A stretch of 64,000 bases of DNA, from contig CBDDPL010000004.1 of NCBI GenBank assembly GCA_965232285.1, positions 1,623,893 to 1,687,892 of the forward strand, in the 5' to 3' direction. The notes below the pieces were generated by a model. It saw nothing but the letters and a program-made list of their open reading frames with translations. It did no database searches and was not told the origin of the DNA. The position numbers were made by a program, and so were the translations under genes. This stretch comes from Denitrobaculum sp. (GTDB lineage Bacteria; Pseudomonadota; Alphaproteobacteria; Kiloniellales; Kiloniellaceae). This document shows, piece after piece, positions 9,985 to 20,132 of this stretch (positions within the stretch are counted from its first letter, which is position 1; the number at the start of each line of letters is the position of its first letter).

Positions 9985-10862
9985 CGAGCGAATTGCAAGA
10001 CGGGACCATAAGCGACGAGATCCTGGTCGCCTACCTGGACGGAGAACTGCCCGAGGGTGAGCGGTCGCGCGTGGAGACTGCCCTCGAACGGGAGGAGGAG
10101 CTCCGCGACCGCCTGGCGCTGCTGGACGACGGTGCGCGCCCTTGGAAAGACGCCTTTGCCGGCCTTGTAGATCAGGCGCCGCTTGAAAAGCTGGAAGCCG
10201 GTCTGGCGGAAGCGGTCCGGCAGCAGGAAACCGAGCTGGCCGATAAAGCTGTGGCCGATAAAGCTATGGCCGAGACGGGGGTGATCCTCGGCGAACCGGC
10301 AAACGATCATGTCGCGACGCGCTGGTGGCGCCCGGCAATGGCGGCCTGTGTCGCCATTACCCTGCTGATCGGTTTCGCCGCCGGCTACGGCACCAACGAG
10401 GCGCAGAAGACGCAGGTGGCGGAGGCTGCACCCAGCGAGGCCGAAATCTGGCGCCAGGCAGTTGCCGACTATCAGGCACTCTATACGCGCGAAACCCTTT
10501 CCATTGCGCCGACGGATCCGGCGATCCACGCAGCCGGCCTGCAGCGGGTCTCGAAATCGCTCGGATTGCCTCTCCCCGTGGCGGTGTCCGAGGTCGGCGG
10601 ACTGGACTACAAGCGCGCACAGATCCTTAAGTTCGGCACGCAGCCGCTCGCGCAGCTCGCCTATCTCTACAAGGATGAGATTCCGGTCGCCTTTTGTATC
10701 GTAAGGCTGGACGAAGTCGATCGTGCCGCGGGCAATGAGGTCCGCAGCGGCCTGAACATCGTTCATTGGGCAAAGGACGGCTACAGCCTGATGCTGGTTG
10801 GAGATCTGCCCGTCGAAGAACTGAATGATTTCGCCCGTGAACTCGAAGGGCGGATGATCTGA
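9981..10862 (+). CDS. anti-sigma factor (single-pass membrane)
   Basis: ATGA overlap with the sigma gene. N-terminal LVAYLDGELPEGERSRVE anti-sigma motif. One central TM helix (WWRPAMAACVAITLLIGFAAGY). Periplasmic C-terminal domain. Confidence 0.7.
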   Translation: MTSELQDGTISDEILVAYLDGELPEGERSRVETALEREEELRDRLALLDDGARPWKDAFAGLVDQAPLEKLEAGLAEAVRQQETELADKAVADKAMAETGVILGEPANDHVATRWWRPAMAACVAITLLIGFAAGYGTNEAQKTQVAEAAPSEAEIWRQAVADYQALYTRETLSIAPTDPAIHAAGLQRVSKSLGLPLPVAVSEVGGLDYKRAQILKFGTQPLAQLAYLYKDEIPVAFCIVRLDEVDRAAGNEVRSGLNIVHWAKDGYSLMLVGDLPVEELNDFARELEGRMI

Positions 10863-11165
10863 CTGACGGATAAGGCGGCGACGGCCCGGGAAGTTCGGGT
10901 TACCTCGACGCCGCGGAGGCCGTTAAGATCTGACACGCAAGAGTCCCCGCTTGGCCGCATCGAATGATTTACTTGCCTTGAGATGGCGAGGGCACCCTGC
11001 GCCCTGTCTGACGCAAGATGCTGCCCGACGCAAGGTGCCCTGACGCAAGATACCCTGGCACTGAACCGGCTTGTATCCCCTGACCGGGACAGGGAAACCT
11101 TGATCCCCATAGCCCTCAGACCTGCGCTTTACCGAGTCAGCGCCTGTCTGAGGGTCTGTTGGAGA

Positions 11166-13256
11166 TCAGGCGGCGCGCAACCGGTTCAGGAACTGCTCCA
11201 ACTCCCGCCTCAGGATGTCGGACTGACCGGTCAGTTTGCCGACCACCTCGACCACCTCGACGGATGCCTGGCTGGACTGCTGCGCGGCGGTATTCACCTC
11301 GATGATGTTGCTGGAAACATCCTGCGTGCCGGTCGCGGTCTGCTGGATGTTCTCAGCAATGTCCCGCGTTGCCGCGTTCTGCTCCTCGACCGCCGAAGCA
11401 ACCGCCGTGGTCATCTCGCTGATCTTCGACATGGCCGTAACGACCTCTTCGATCTCGCTCACAGTTTTCTGCGTCGAGTCCTGCATGGTGCCGATCTGCT
11501 GGGAGATCTCCTCAGTTGCCTTCGCCGTCTGATTGGCCAGCGATTTGACCTCGGAGGCCACCACGGCGAAGCCTTTGCCAGCCTCGCCGGCCCGTGCGGC
11601 CTCGATCGTGGCATTGAGCGCCAGCAGGTTGGTCTGTTCCGCGATGTCGTTGATCAGGCTCACCACATCGCCGATCTTCTGGGCGCCCTCGGCGAGGCCC
11701 TTGACCGTCTCATTGGTGGATTCCGCCTGTCCCTTGCCGTTCGCCGAAACATCGGCGGCGTCGGCCACCTGGCGGGCAATCTCCTGAATGGAGTTGGAAA
11801 GTTCCTCCGCTGCAGAGGCCACGGTCTGGGCCGTCACCGTCGCTTCCTCCGACGCGCTGGCCACGGCTGAAGCCCGCGAGGTGGTCTGCTCGGAAGCGGC
11901 AGACAGAGTCTGGGCCGTGACTTTCATTTCATCAGCGGCGCCGGCCACTTCCTCAACCACGCCTTTCACGCTGGCTTCAAGGTCGTCGGCCATCTGAAGG
12001 GTGGCCTGACGCTTCTCTTCCTCGGCCCGCTGTTCGGCGCGGGCCTGTTCTTCCCGAAGACGATCCGCCTCGATGGCGTTTTCCTTGAAGACCTGCACGG
12101 CCGCTGCCATCTCACCGATTTCGTCAGTCCGTCCCCGGGCGGGGACCTCGGTGGAGGTGTCGCCCTCGGCCAGCCGGCCCATGGCATCCGTCATCCTGAC
12201 GATAGGCCTGGAGATGGCGCGTCCGGTCAGGACGGCAAGGAGGACGCCGAAGAGAATGGCAGCCACGGCTGCCACCTTGACGACCGTCACGGCAACCGCC
12301 ATCGCCTCGGTCGCCCGGGGACCCAGTTCGTCCTGCGCAGCCTTGTTGGAAAGTTTGATCTGTTCCATCTCGCCGGCAAGCTTGGGCCCGATCACGTCCA
12401 GAGAATCCCGGATGATGCCGTTGCGTTTGAAGATGACCTCGACGACCTCGCCGAAGGCAGATTTATAACCGCCCGCCAGTTCGACCAGTGTGCCTGCCAA
12501 CTGCCGGCGCTCCGGGTTCTGCAGTTGAGCCAGCATCTCCGTGGCGGAGGTCTCGAAATCCCTTAGCTCCTGGTTCGATCGATCGGCGCTGGACTGCTGG
12601 TTGTCGACCAGGAACCGGTTCGAATAGAGCCGTGCCAGCAGGAGATGGCGCAGGGTGATCCCCGCCCGATAGGCGCTTGTCGCGTCGTCATCTTCATAGG
12701 CGCTGGTCATGATCTTGGTTAAGGCTCGCTCTGACTTTGGCCCGATGGTGTTGAGTTGTGCCACCAGTTGGTTGCGCCGCCCGACGAGTTCGGTGACCTC
12801 TTCGAACGATGAGCGGTAGGTCGCGATCTGCTCAATGGCAGATTGGATAATCGTGAGATTCTCGCTGTCCTGGAACAGTTCCTCGGCACCCTGCGTGATT
12901 TCCTCGGTGGTCTGTGCCCGCTGACGGACCATCTCAGCCGCGTGATCGGAGTTTTTGAGGATGTAGTCCTTCACACCGAGGCGTGCCGATAGGAGGTTAG
13001 CCTGGATGCGGCCCAGTTGATTGGTCTGCCGTGCCAGCAGGCGATAGTCGCCGAACTGATCATTCGCACCCGAGAGCCCGAAATAGGCGACGCCGCAGAC
13101 AATCGACAAGAAGAGGAGCACGGCAAGGAAACCCAAACCGATCTTCTTGCCGACCTTCAGGTTTGTAAATGGGTTGCCGCGCAAGCGAGCAGGGCTCTGA
13201 GGGTCGTTGCTTTCGCCGGACAGATCCGACGCAGTGTCGACAATACTACCAGACAT
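11166..13256 (-). CDS. methyl-accepting chemotaxis protein
   Basis: Two TM helices flank a periplasmic sensor, then a HAMP region and the conserved signalling hairpin ([40 protein letters not shown]). ATG 13256 has a better RBS than TTG 13295. Confidence 0.9.
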   Translation of the reverse strand: MSGSIVDTASDLSGESNDPQSPARLRGNPFTNLKVGKKIGLGFLAVLLFLSIVCGVAYFGLSGANDQFGDYRLLARQTNQLGRIQANLLSARLGVKDYILKNSDHAAEMVRQRAQTTEEITQGAEELFQDSENLTIIQSAIEQIATYRSSFEEVTELVGRRNQLVAQLNTIGPKSERALTKIMTSAYEDDDATSAYRAGITLRHLLLARLYSNRFLVDNQQSSADRSNQELRDFETSATEMLAQLQNPERRQLAGTLVELAGGYKSAFGEVVEVIFKRNGIIRDSLDVIGPKLAGEMEQIKLSNKAAQDELGPRATEAMAVAVTVVKVAAVAAILFGVLLAVLTGRAISRPIVRMTDAMGRLAEGDTSTEVPARGRTDEIGEMAAAVQVFKENAIEADRLREEQARAEQRAEEEKRQATLQMADDLEASVKGVVEEVAGAADEMKVTAQTLSAASEQTTSRASAVASASEEATVTAQTVASAAEELSNSIQEIARQVADAADVSANGKGQAESTNETVKGLAEGAQKIGDVVSLINDIAEQTNLLALNATIEAARAGEAGKGFAVVASEVKSLANQTAKATEEISQQIGTMQDSTQKTVSEIEEVVTAMSKISEMTTAVASAVEEQNAATRDIAENIQQTATGTQDVSSNIIEVNTAAQQSSQASVEVVEVVGKLTGQSDILRRELEQFLNRLRAA

Positions 13257-13337
13257 AATTCTGTACCCCTTTTTTGGAAGTTGATTCGATTTCAAGCGTG
13301 TACTTTCGATGGACGCGTTGAATTCGCCGTTGGGGTG

Positions 13338-13489
13338 TAAAAATCAATTAAAATTCTAAACAATTAAATAAAAATACACTTGAAATATGTTTAAATAAAT
13401 AAAAATGAATATTATATTACTATATTCTGCATTTTAAGTAATAATTCTTTACCATAATTTATTTGTAAGATAAAAATTTATATTATATC
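13338..13489. other. extreme AT-rich tract (~150 bp, >85 % A+T by eye) upstream of the MCP gene
   Basis: Run of AAAATCAATTAAAATTCTAAACAATTAAATAAAAATA... in an otherwise 60-65 % GC context. Confidence 0.8.
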
Positions 13490-14170
13490 GCGTGGGTCAG
13501 TTAAGGTGGGTAAGGGAGGTTTTTAAAAACAATCGGAAATTGATGCATGTGCGGACTGATTACGCTTAAAATCGGCCAAAAATACTCTCTAAAAGAGAAA
13601 TTTACACATTAATTTCAGTATTAAGTAAGTGCTACCTGTGTGCTGAACGCTGCATGCGGGATCCGCTGATCTAGGCTAAAATGCCTATTTTTCTTGGTTA
13701 TTTGCTCAAAAACAGCCAATCAGCGCAGAAAATTGCGGCCGCGGAGGGGAGGTCGCTGTCTCTCGATTGGCTGGTGTTTTGCAATGCCTGATTGTTTGGG
13801 ATGATCGATCCGGGAAGGAATTTTGTGCCTGAAGCATTTTTTGGCTTTGTTCAATCAAAGAGTGTATTGAAAATTCTGACCCTCAGGCTGCGCGCACGGA
13901 CCTGGCTTTGCTGAATTGCCGCAGGGGTATATTCAGGGTGGGGTGTCACAGATCCGCGCCAAGAGCCTGAGGTTTGAACGGGCCTTGCGTTTGCCCTCTG
14001 CCGTTGGGTTGCCGCTGGTACGATGCCTGGCAGACCTTGAGGTGAAGCTTCCAGCAGTCTGCTTGCGGGGAGAGCCTTGAGCCGTCGCAGCTTGAAGCCC
14101 GATGTGACTGCCGGGACCGGACGTTTCACATCGGACAGGGAGCCGGCCGTCGTCGTAACACGGCAAAGAG

Positions 14171-14227
14171 TGGTGCCCGCTCCCGGACTCGAACCGGGAC
14201 GGCCTTACGGCCTCAAGATTTTAAGTC
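14171..14227 (-). repeat. 57-bp direct repeat = 3' portion of tRNA-Leu(TAA) (att-type island boundary)
   Basis: TGGTGCCCGCTCCCGGACTCGAACCGGGACGGCCTTACGGCCTCAAGATTTTAAGTC is identical to 20133-20189. Similarity stops inside the anticodon arm. Confidence 0.9.
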
Positions 14228-14841
14228 CAAGCGGCATAAAACACCATATAATGCGATCATTTGGTCAATAAAACGCAGTTTATGGTTGCTGCACGTATTA
14301 TTGTACAGTGAAATGAACAAGATAATATATCTGATGCGGTTCTAGGCGCAGAATGTGCCCTACGACTGACCCGCCCCCACGAACAGAGCCTTCCTGGCGA
14401 AGCCTGCTCTGCCGTAAAAGAACATCCCGTAGAGTAAGGCGCCGAGCGATCCAACCTAATGGCACATTCCTCAGCGCTTCGCCATAGTCAGAGCCAAGAA
14501 CTCTCAATCATTTTGCAACTGCCGTGCTACAAAGTACGGACTGATCCTTGCTTTTCCGGTCAGACCGTTTTCATGGCACGAAACTTGAGCTCTGACCTAG
14601 ATAAACCATAGCAAAGCCACCAACACACTAAGCATTGGCACGTCGGCACAACACTCTTAACGTCCAAGAGAACCCGAAGCTCTCCGTTAGAGACCGGGCA
14701 AACGACGACAGACTCATCATGCAAGAGTTCAACCCAGCGAATCCTCTTCAGAGCTCAGCCGGAACCGTCCAATCTGCCACTACGAGCAGAGCCACGCCTT
14801 AGTTTGGACCCCAGCAGCCTGCTAAGTTGTGCCCTCACAAA

Positions 14842-14880
14842 GCCTGACGTCCGTTTCCACCGGTAGACCGGACGTCAGGC
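14842..14880 (-). terminator. possible terminator hairpin downstream of the 15077..16033 gene
   Basis: 12-bp perfect stem GCCTGACGTCCG/CGGACGTCAGGC with a 15-nt loop. On the minus strand it is followed by TTTGTGAGG (weak U tract). Lies about 200 nt past the stop codon. Confidence 0.35.
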
Positions 14881-15076
14881 GACTAAGCACCGATGTTGGG
14901 CGGGAAGCGGTGGTGCTTGAACGAGAGCTGCCACATTGGCCCAGCCTAAGGCTAAACGCACCTACCAGTCAGCCGAGTTTATGTGACAACGTCCCGTCTC
15001 CTCCATGACGGCCTCTCCTGTCAGGTGAGGTAACTTTCGGGGCGCAAGTCAAGCTCAGCCCGCGCTTTGGAGTGTC

Positions 15077-16033
15077 TCAGGCGATGCCGGCCGCGTGGCC
15101 CCGCCTGATTTGATCGTCGGAATACGGCTGTTGCCCGTTCTCGTGCTTGATGATCGCTTTGATCATGCTGGGCCCTATTGCCCGTTCGCCGAAATCGAAT
15201 GTCTGACCGGCGCCGATGCCCATGGCGCGGCTGACCGCTTCGACGTAAGCCGCGGTTGGGTTTTCGGATGGCGGTGCCCAGCGGCTGATCATGCCGCGCA
15301 CCGTCCGTAGGCCATGTTTGCTCTGGTAGTTGCGCAGCACCCGGGCGAGCGCGCGCAGGCCCCAATGCGGCTCTTGGAAAACGCAAAACCTGTTTTCTCG
15401 CTTCTGGAACGGGGTCATTTGGTCGGACGTGGCTAAGCCCTGCCAGTCGTCGCCCTGTTCAATGTTGCCCGGATTGTGGTTGCGAATCCCTCGAGGCATC
15501 CGCTCGGTCACTTCGACGAAGGCGTCGCCCGGCGTCACCGCGCCTGCCAGCATTCCGGCGGTCAGCTCCTGATGGCCGCCGTAACATGCGACCTCGACCG
15601 CGAGACCGATATCGTCGCCCAGGTTGAAGTTCGGCGGCCGAACCAGACCAGTATGATTCCGATCCAGATAGTGGGCCAGTTCGTGCACGAACTTTGCCTC
15701 GCACAGGGTGCGCCATTTCAGGTTCTGTGGGTCGTCCGAAACCCTTTCGGCGATGTTCCGGTTGATCTCAATTCGGCGCGGATGGCGCGGATCGAATTGG
15801 GCGTAGATCATGAACTGCCCAAGCGGACCCAGATCGGTGAACGTGACGACAGGGTCTTGCGTGTTGTTCTCTAAGGCCGCTTGCACCGTGGCGTCTTGCA
15901 GCGGCATGCAACGGCCGAGTCCCTCCTGGACGCTCTGAAACTCAGGTTTGCTGAGGTTCTCGTTGAAGCCCTGAAGCGCGGCAACCGCGCCGGCAAATTC
16001 GGGGCTCACAGCCTTAAAAGGATCAATTCTCAT
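15077..16033 (-). CDS. HExxH metallopeptidase-like domain fused to a phage 'structural protein P5'-like cell-wall domain
   Basis: Start moved to ATG 16033; the upstream 132 codons of ORF 15077..16429 are R-rich. FVHELAHYL zinc motif. C-terminal RNHNPGNI...WQG...FCVF...WGLRALARVLRNY...TVRGMISRWAPPSENP block recalled from phage/prophage proteins. Confidence 0.7.
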   Translation of the reverse strand: MRIDPFKAVSPEFAGAVAALQGFNENLSKPEFQSVQEGLGRCMPLQDATVQAALENNTQDPVVTFTDLGPLGQFMIYAQFDPRHPRRIEINRNIAERVSDDPQNLKWRTLCEAKFVHELAHYLDRNHTGLVRPPNFNLGDDIGLAVEVACYGGHQELTAGMLAGAVTPGDAFVEVTERMPRGIRNHNPGNIEQGDDWQGLATSDQMTPFQKRENRFCVFQEPHWGLRALARVLRNYQSKHGLRTVRGMISRWAPPSENPTAAYVEAVSRAMGIGAGQTFDFGERAIGPSMIKAIIKHENGQQPYSDDQIRRGHAAGIA

Positions 16034-16152
16034 TCTTTTCAGCCCCCGTGCCTTAGCTATAGAACGAAAACCTTGCCTCGGTTGAAGCCAATGTGCAAGC
16101 ATAGCAGGAATATAAGAATGAAATAGCACGTTAAGGTGGGGAGGGCGCTTCG

Positions 16153-17736
16153 ATGCTAAGACTGGGGGAGTCCATCGGGGCTGGTATCGGCGGGCGCAGA
16201 CTGCGTTTGACCTGCGGTGCTTTTGGAATCTTGGTGCTCGGTGCGTGCTCCGGCCCAGTTGGTCTGAGCGTCGCCGACATCGAAGACAGCGAGAGCGCCA
16301 AATTCGCTGAACCGCCCTCCATCGCCAAGGCGCTGGCTTATGCCGACGCGGTCCGCTCGACGTACCGGTCGCGTATTTCCAACCAGATGTTGTTGCGTCA
16401 GGGTGTCGGGTTGGGCTCGATCGCCGCACTGGCTGGTTTGGGATTCATCGCCACGCGTGGCGGCTCGGCCGACCTAGCCTACGGCCTCGGCTCCGGAGTC
16501 GCGGGCGGCCTCGCGGCGACCCAACTGTTCACCAGCAACCGCGAACAATTTCTCTACGCCGCCGGTGCGGTGACCATCGGCTGCGCAATGAGCGCCGTTG
16601 CGCCCTTGCAGTCGGCCTCGGTGGCGCGGGATACCCTGAGGCGCGGTATCCTCGACCAACCCCTGATCAACGATATCAACGCGGTCGAGGGTATGATCGA
16701 GGCCATGAGTCAGGCGGGCGCCGAGTCGACCAACCTGGCGCGCAGCCGGGCCGCGGTCGCCAAGGCGCGCGAAGCCGTGGTGCGCGGCACTTCGGCCTTG
16801 CTGCGCCTCGATGGCGCGGGCGCCGACTTGGTCCGCGTCGTCGACGAGGTGCAGGACAAGATCACCACGGAAGTGATCGCGAACCAAGTCGATCTGGCTG
16901 CCTTCATTGGGTCGCTCGGCGCGACATTCGCGGTCCAGGTTCCGACGCCGAAGACGGCCGCCCCAGCGGCGGCGCCCGGGCTGATAGAAACTTCGCAGGC
17001 CGGTGCTCTAGAACTGGAAGCCGCGACCAAAGAACTGATCCGCAGAACCAGCGCGCTCGAAGCGGCGGCCGATTTCATCGAGGCCGCTGGCGCGTCGGTG
17101 TCGTTGACCGATTGTACCTTCGATCCGGATGCGGTGGGTGGAGGTTTCAGGCTCGACCCGTCCACGCCGCAGACCGTCGATGCCACCGCGCGCGACCAGA
17201 CCGTGAATTTCGCGCTGTCCGGTGGCCGACCGCCTTATCGCTTCAATTGGCTGGGCACCGCGCCGCCGGCCACGGTTGAGCCCGACTTGGAAACCGGGGC
17301 CGGCGACCTGGCGATTACCGTGCCCAAGGATACGCCATCGGGGACCTACGCTTTCCGGGTCGGCGACGTTGCATCGGCGGTCGCGTTTTCGCAGCTCGTC
17401 ATTCAGGGGCCGTCCGCCGCACCGCAGGCGCGGCTCCAAAACGGCGGTGCCACCGATTCCTGTGCTACGGATCCAAAAGGCATTGGCGAGGTCCAGAAAA
17501 CCTTGCGCGACGATTTCCGAAGCCAGGGCATGCGGGTGGATGTCACGACCGAGCGCGACGGGCAGACGGTCACCGAAAGCAAGGAAATTGGCGTCGATTG
17601 CAAGATGGGCCCCGTGACGCGCGCTGCTTTACAGGAGGCGTTGCGCAAAATCGGCACCACCCCAGCCGACGTGGCGGCGATGGACGACGACGCGTTGCTC
17701 GCGAAATACAAGGAACTCAAAGGTTTGGGTTCATAG
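16153..17736 (+). CDS. lipoprotein with glycine-zipper segment, Ig-like region and peptidoglycan-binding-like C-terminus
   Basis: GGAGGG RBS before ATG 16153. Lipobox LGAC. GxxxG-rich stretch GVGLGSIAALAGLGF...GLGSGVAGGLAA. C-terminal MGPVTRAALQEAL resembles the PG_binding_1 motif. Confidence 0.7.
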   Translation: MLRLGESIGAGIGGRRLRLTCGAFGILVLGACSGPVGLSVADIEDSESAKFAEPPSIAKALAYADAVRSTYRSRISNQMLLRQGVGLGSIAALAGLGFIATRGGSADLAYGLGSGVAGGLAATQLFTSNREQFLYAAGAVTIGCAMSAVAPLQSASVARDTLRRGILDQPLINDINAVEGMIEAMSQAGAESTNLARSRAAVAKAREAVVRGTSALLRLDGAGADLVRVVDEVQDKITTEVIANQVDLAAFIGSLGATFAVQVPTPKTAAPAAAPGLIETSQAGALELEAATKELIRRTSALEAAADFIEAAGASVSLTDCTFDPDAVGGGFRLDPSTPQTVDATARDQTVNFALSGGRPPYRFNWLGTAPPATVEPDLETGAGDLAITVPKDTPSGTYAFRVGDVASAVAFSQLVIQGPSAAPQARLQNGGATDSCATDPKGIGEVQKTLRDDFRSQGMRVDVTTERDGQTVTESKEIGVDCKMGPVTRAALQEALRKIGTTPADVAAMDDDALLAKYKELKGLGS

Positions 17737-17751
17737 CCGGAGGCGAGACCG

Positions 17752-19050
17752 ATGAATCAGCCGGCGCCCTGGGTGGTTTTCTTGGGTTTGGTCGTGCTGC
17801 CGTTTCTTGCCGGTTTTTGGCTGCCGGAGCAGGACGGTAATCTCGACAATGGCCGGATCGCCGCCTTCGCTTTGAGTTTCGCTAGTCTGCTCCTCGCGTT
17901 GGGGTTATGGGGACGGTCCTTGCGATCTGACGTGCTCGGCGTGCTGGTCGACGAGCGCAACCGCATCTCGCTCTCGCGGTTCCAGATCGTGCTCTGGACG
18001 CTCATTCTGCTGCCAGGTCTCAGCACTGCCTTGTTGGTCAACCTGGCGCGGTTTCTGCTCGCGCCCGATCAGCTCGACGGTTTGGCCGCCGAAGAACCGC
18101 TGAGCGGCGGTCCGCTCGATATCGTCATCGACTGGACGTTGGTACAGCTCGCTGCGATCAGCGTCGGGTCGCTCGTGGTTGCCCCGATGGCGCTGCGAGT
18201 CAAGGCGCAACAGCCCGCTGACGAGGCGCCGCTGGGCGTCACTGTCGCGGCCGGTATCGCCGCGCGCGACGCGCTGGAGAAGGTGTCGCTGTCGGATCTG
18301 TTTTTCGGTGAAGAGAATGCCAACAAGAACAGTCTCGACATCACCAGACTGCAAATGCTGGTACTGACCCTGATCCTATGGTCGGCCTATCTGGTGCTTT
18401 TGATCGGGGTGCTGAAGGACCCGGCTGAGCGGTTCATTGCGAGCTTTCCGGAATTCGACCAAACGACGCTTGCGCTCTTGCTGGCCAGCCACTCCGGCTA
18501 TCTCGCCGGCAAGGTGGCGCCGCGGCTCAATACGCCACGACCGTCGGCCGTCGCCCAGGCGCAGCTATTGCGGGTTCAACGGCAACTCGACGAGACCGCG
18601 GCGTGCTTGGCGGTGCTGCTTTCCGGCTCGCGCTCGACGACCGCCTTCGATGCCGAGGCCAGGCGGATATCGGCCCTGGTCGAGAGCATGACCAACGAAG
18701 TGGTCGATCTGCAGATCAAGCTTGCCGCGGGCGAAAACGTGCTCGATACCGTGACAGCCATTCGCGCGCGCGCCGATGTGGTTCGTGAAAACGTCGCGGC
18801 TTTGACCCAGCGCGTTGACCCTGACGATGTCGACGAGGCGGACGAATCACTGGTTCAGGAAGTACGCGATCTGATCCGCGCCCACAGCGACAGCGCGCAA
18901 CTGGGCACCGGACGGTGGTCGGCTGGCGACGACTTGGAGCTGGAAAGCGTGCTTAAATCCGAGCAACCTGATTTCACTCTGGACGATCTTCATCCGATCC
19001 AGTACCGGCGCCTCGAGGAGGCACGCGAACTGCTCGAAACACTATCCTAA
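17752..19050 (+). CDS. polytopic membrane protein with C-terminal coiled-coil cytoplasmic domain
   Basis: GGAGG RBS, 15 nt after the preceding stop codon. About six hydrophobic helices in the first 250 aa, then about 180 aa of heptad-like acidic helical sequence. No family recognised. Confidence 0.7.
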   Translation: MNQPAPWVVFLGLVVLPFLAGFWLPEQDGNLDNGRIAAFALSFASLLLALGLWGRSLRSDVLGVLVDERNRISLSRFQIVLWTLILLPGLSTALLVNLARFLLAPDQLDGLAAEEPLSGGPLDIVIDWTLVQLAAISVGSLVVAPMALRVKAQQPADEAPLGVTVAAGIAARDALEKVSLSDLFFGEENANKNSLDITRLQMLVLTLILWSAYLVLLIGVLKDPAERFIASFPEFDQTTLALLLASHSGYLAGKVAPRLNTPRPSAVAQAQLLRVQRQLDETAACLAVLLSGSRSTTAFDAEARRISALVESMTNEVVDLQIKLAAGENVLDTVTAIRARADVVRENVAALTQRVDPDDVDEADESLVQEVRDLIRAHSDSAQLGTGRWSAGDDLELESVLKSEQPDFTLDDLHPIQYRRLEEARELLETLS

Positions 19051-19373
19051 ATGTCCTGCCGCGACCGACATACCGATTCGATCACCGACCCTCGGGCGCG
19101 TAGATCGCGTGCCCGAGTCGCCGCCGCGGTATACAGCTCGTTGACCTGCACGTCGCCGACCTCGCGTGGGATGAAGAGGGTTTCCTGGTGAGTCTGGACA
19201 TCGGTGCCGCACATCACGTCGACCATCGGCGCGATCAGATTGAAGGTGATCGCCGGACGATTCTGTTCTTCGAGATAGGCTAGGTCGCCCTGCAGCCACT
19301 GGTCGCCGGCGACGAAGGCGTAGCTTTCCTTGGCCTTGACATGCCAGTCGGCCCAAAAGTCGCGGGCTTCCTG
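19047..19373 (-). pseudogene. phage portal protein N-terminal fragment (no start codon, truncated)
   Basis: Open frame between stop codons translates to QEARDFWADWHVKAKESYAFVAGDQWLQGDLAYLEEQNRPAITFNLIAPMVDVMCG... This matches the GDQW...L..EGRP..TFN.I.P.VD..G pattern remembered from portal proteins. Only about 100 codons are present. Confidence 0.4.
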
Positions 19374-19385
19374 TTACTACTGACG

Positions 19386-19700
19386 TCACTCCATCAGCTC
19401 GTCGATGGGCTCGAGGGGTACGCGGTCGTCGGCGGCCGCGCTAGCGGCTGCTGCTGTGTCGGCCGGGCGTTTCGCGCTATCCAGGCGTGTTGGCGCGTGC
19501 GGCTGGCGGCAGGTAATAGCGAATGGTGAGTGCGGGGGCGCAGAACCGCAAAGCTGTATCCGAGTGCTCTGGGCCTTGGTCAAACCCAGCTTGCAGGTGT
19601 TCTCTCGCTGGCTTTCATAGGCGAGACCAAAGCATACCCGGCATCCAACGCGCCCACTCAGATAGAGTTTGGCGCAGCGCTTGCAACAGTTCGGGCACAA
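19386..19700 (-). CDS. small zinc-ribbon protein, phage-associated type
   Basis: CPNCCKRCAKLYLSGRVGCRVCFGLAYESQRE: two CxxC pairs in the arrangement common in alphaproteobacterial prophage ORFs. Confidence 0.4.
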   Translation of the reverse strand: MCPNCCKRCAKLYLSGRVGCRVCFGLAYESQRENTCKLGLTKAQSTRIQLCGSAPPHSPFAITCRQPHAPTRLDSAKRPADTAAAASAAADDRVPLEPIDELME

Positions 19701-20132
19701 GAACCAGACACGCTCCCCGCCATAATTGCAGTGTGTCTACTCGAGCGGTGCAGTGGCGCGCACGTCGCATTTGGGTCACGATCTGCCAATTCCACCCCCT
19801 CGGCGGCTTGCCCGAAGCTGAGGCGAAGCGGACACAAACCGCTAGAAAGCCGGCATAGCCGACAGAATGTCACTTGTCGCGGGAAGGGCGGACGCGGCTT
19901 GGGGCGACCGGAATTTCGCTTAAGTGCTAGAATCGGAAGAACCTCCCCTTTTGGGCGGAGAAAAAAAGAGGAGCAAGTCACAAGTAACTACTTATGAGAC
20001 ATTAGCGGGTGTGACCACCTGAAGCTCGCCTATGTGGACCGCTTGGCCAGTGCCCGAGATCAGGTCTTCGAACCGCCAAAACTACCTGGCCGTTCAAGGT
20101 GTGAGCGCGACTTCAACGCTCCAACAATGAAA

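Noticed and set aside
11112-11155. Inverted repeat CCCTCAGA / TCTGAGGG downstream of the MCP gene, considered as a terminator.
   Set aside because: The stem is only 8 bp with a 26-nt loop and no U tract in the direction of transcription.
14228-15076. Search for an integrase or excisionase gene at the island ends (also 19701-20132).
   Set aside because: No ORF above about 70 codons in any frame, and I could not spot R..HxxR..Y-type tyrosine-recombinase blocks by eye. Reported only as possible eroded sequence; needs tblastx.
16034-16429. N-terminal 132-codon extension of ORF 15077..16429.
   Set aside because: The extension is extremely R-rich (RRSSPTRHP...RCLRCRRRS) and overlaps the divergent promoter and start of the 16153 gene. 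ATG 16033 begins a normal-looking protein (MRIDPFKAV...).
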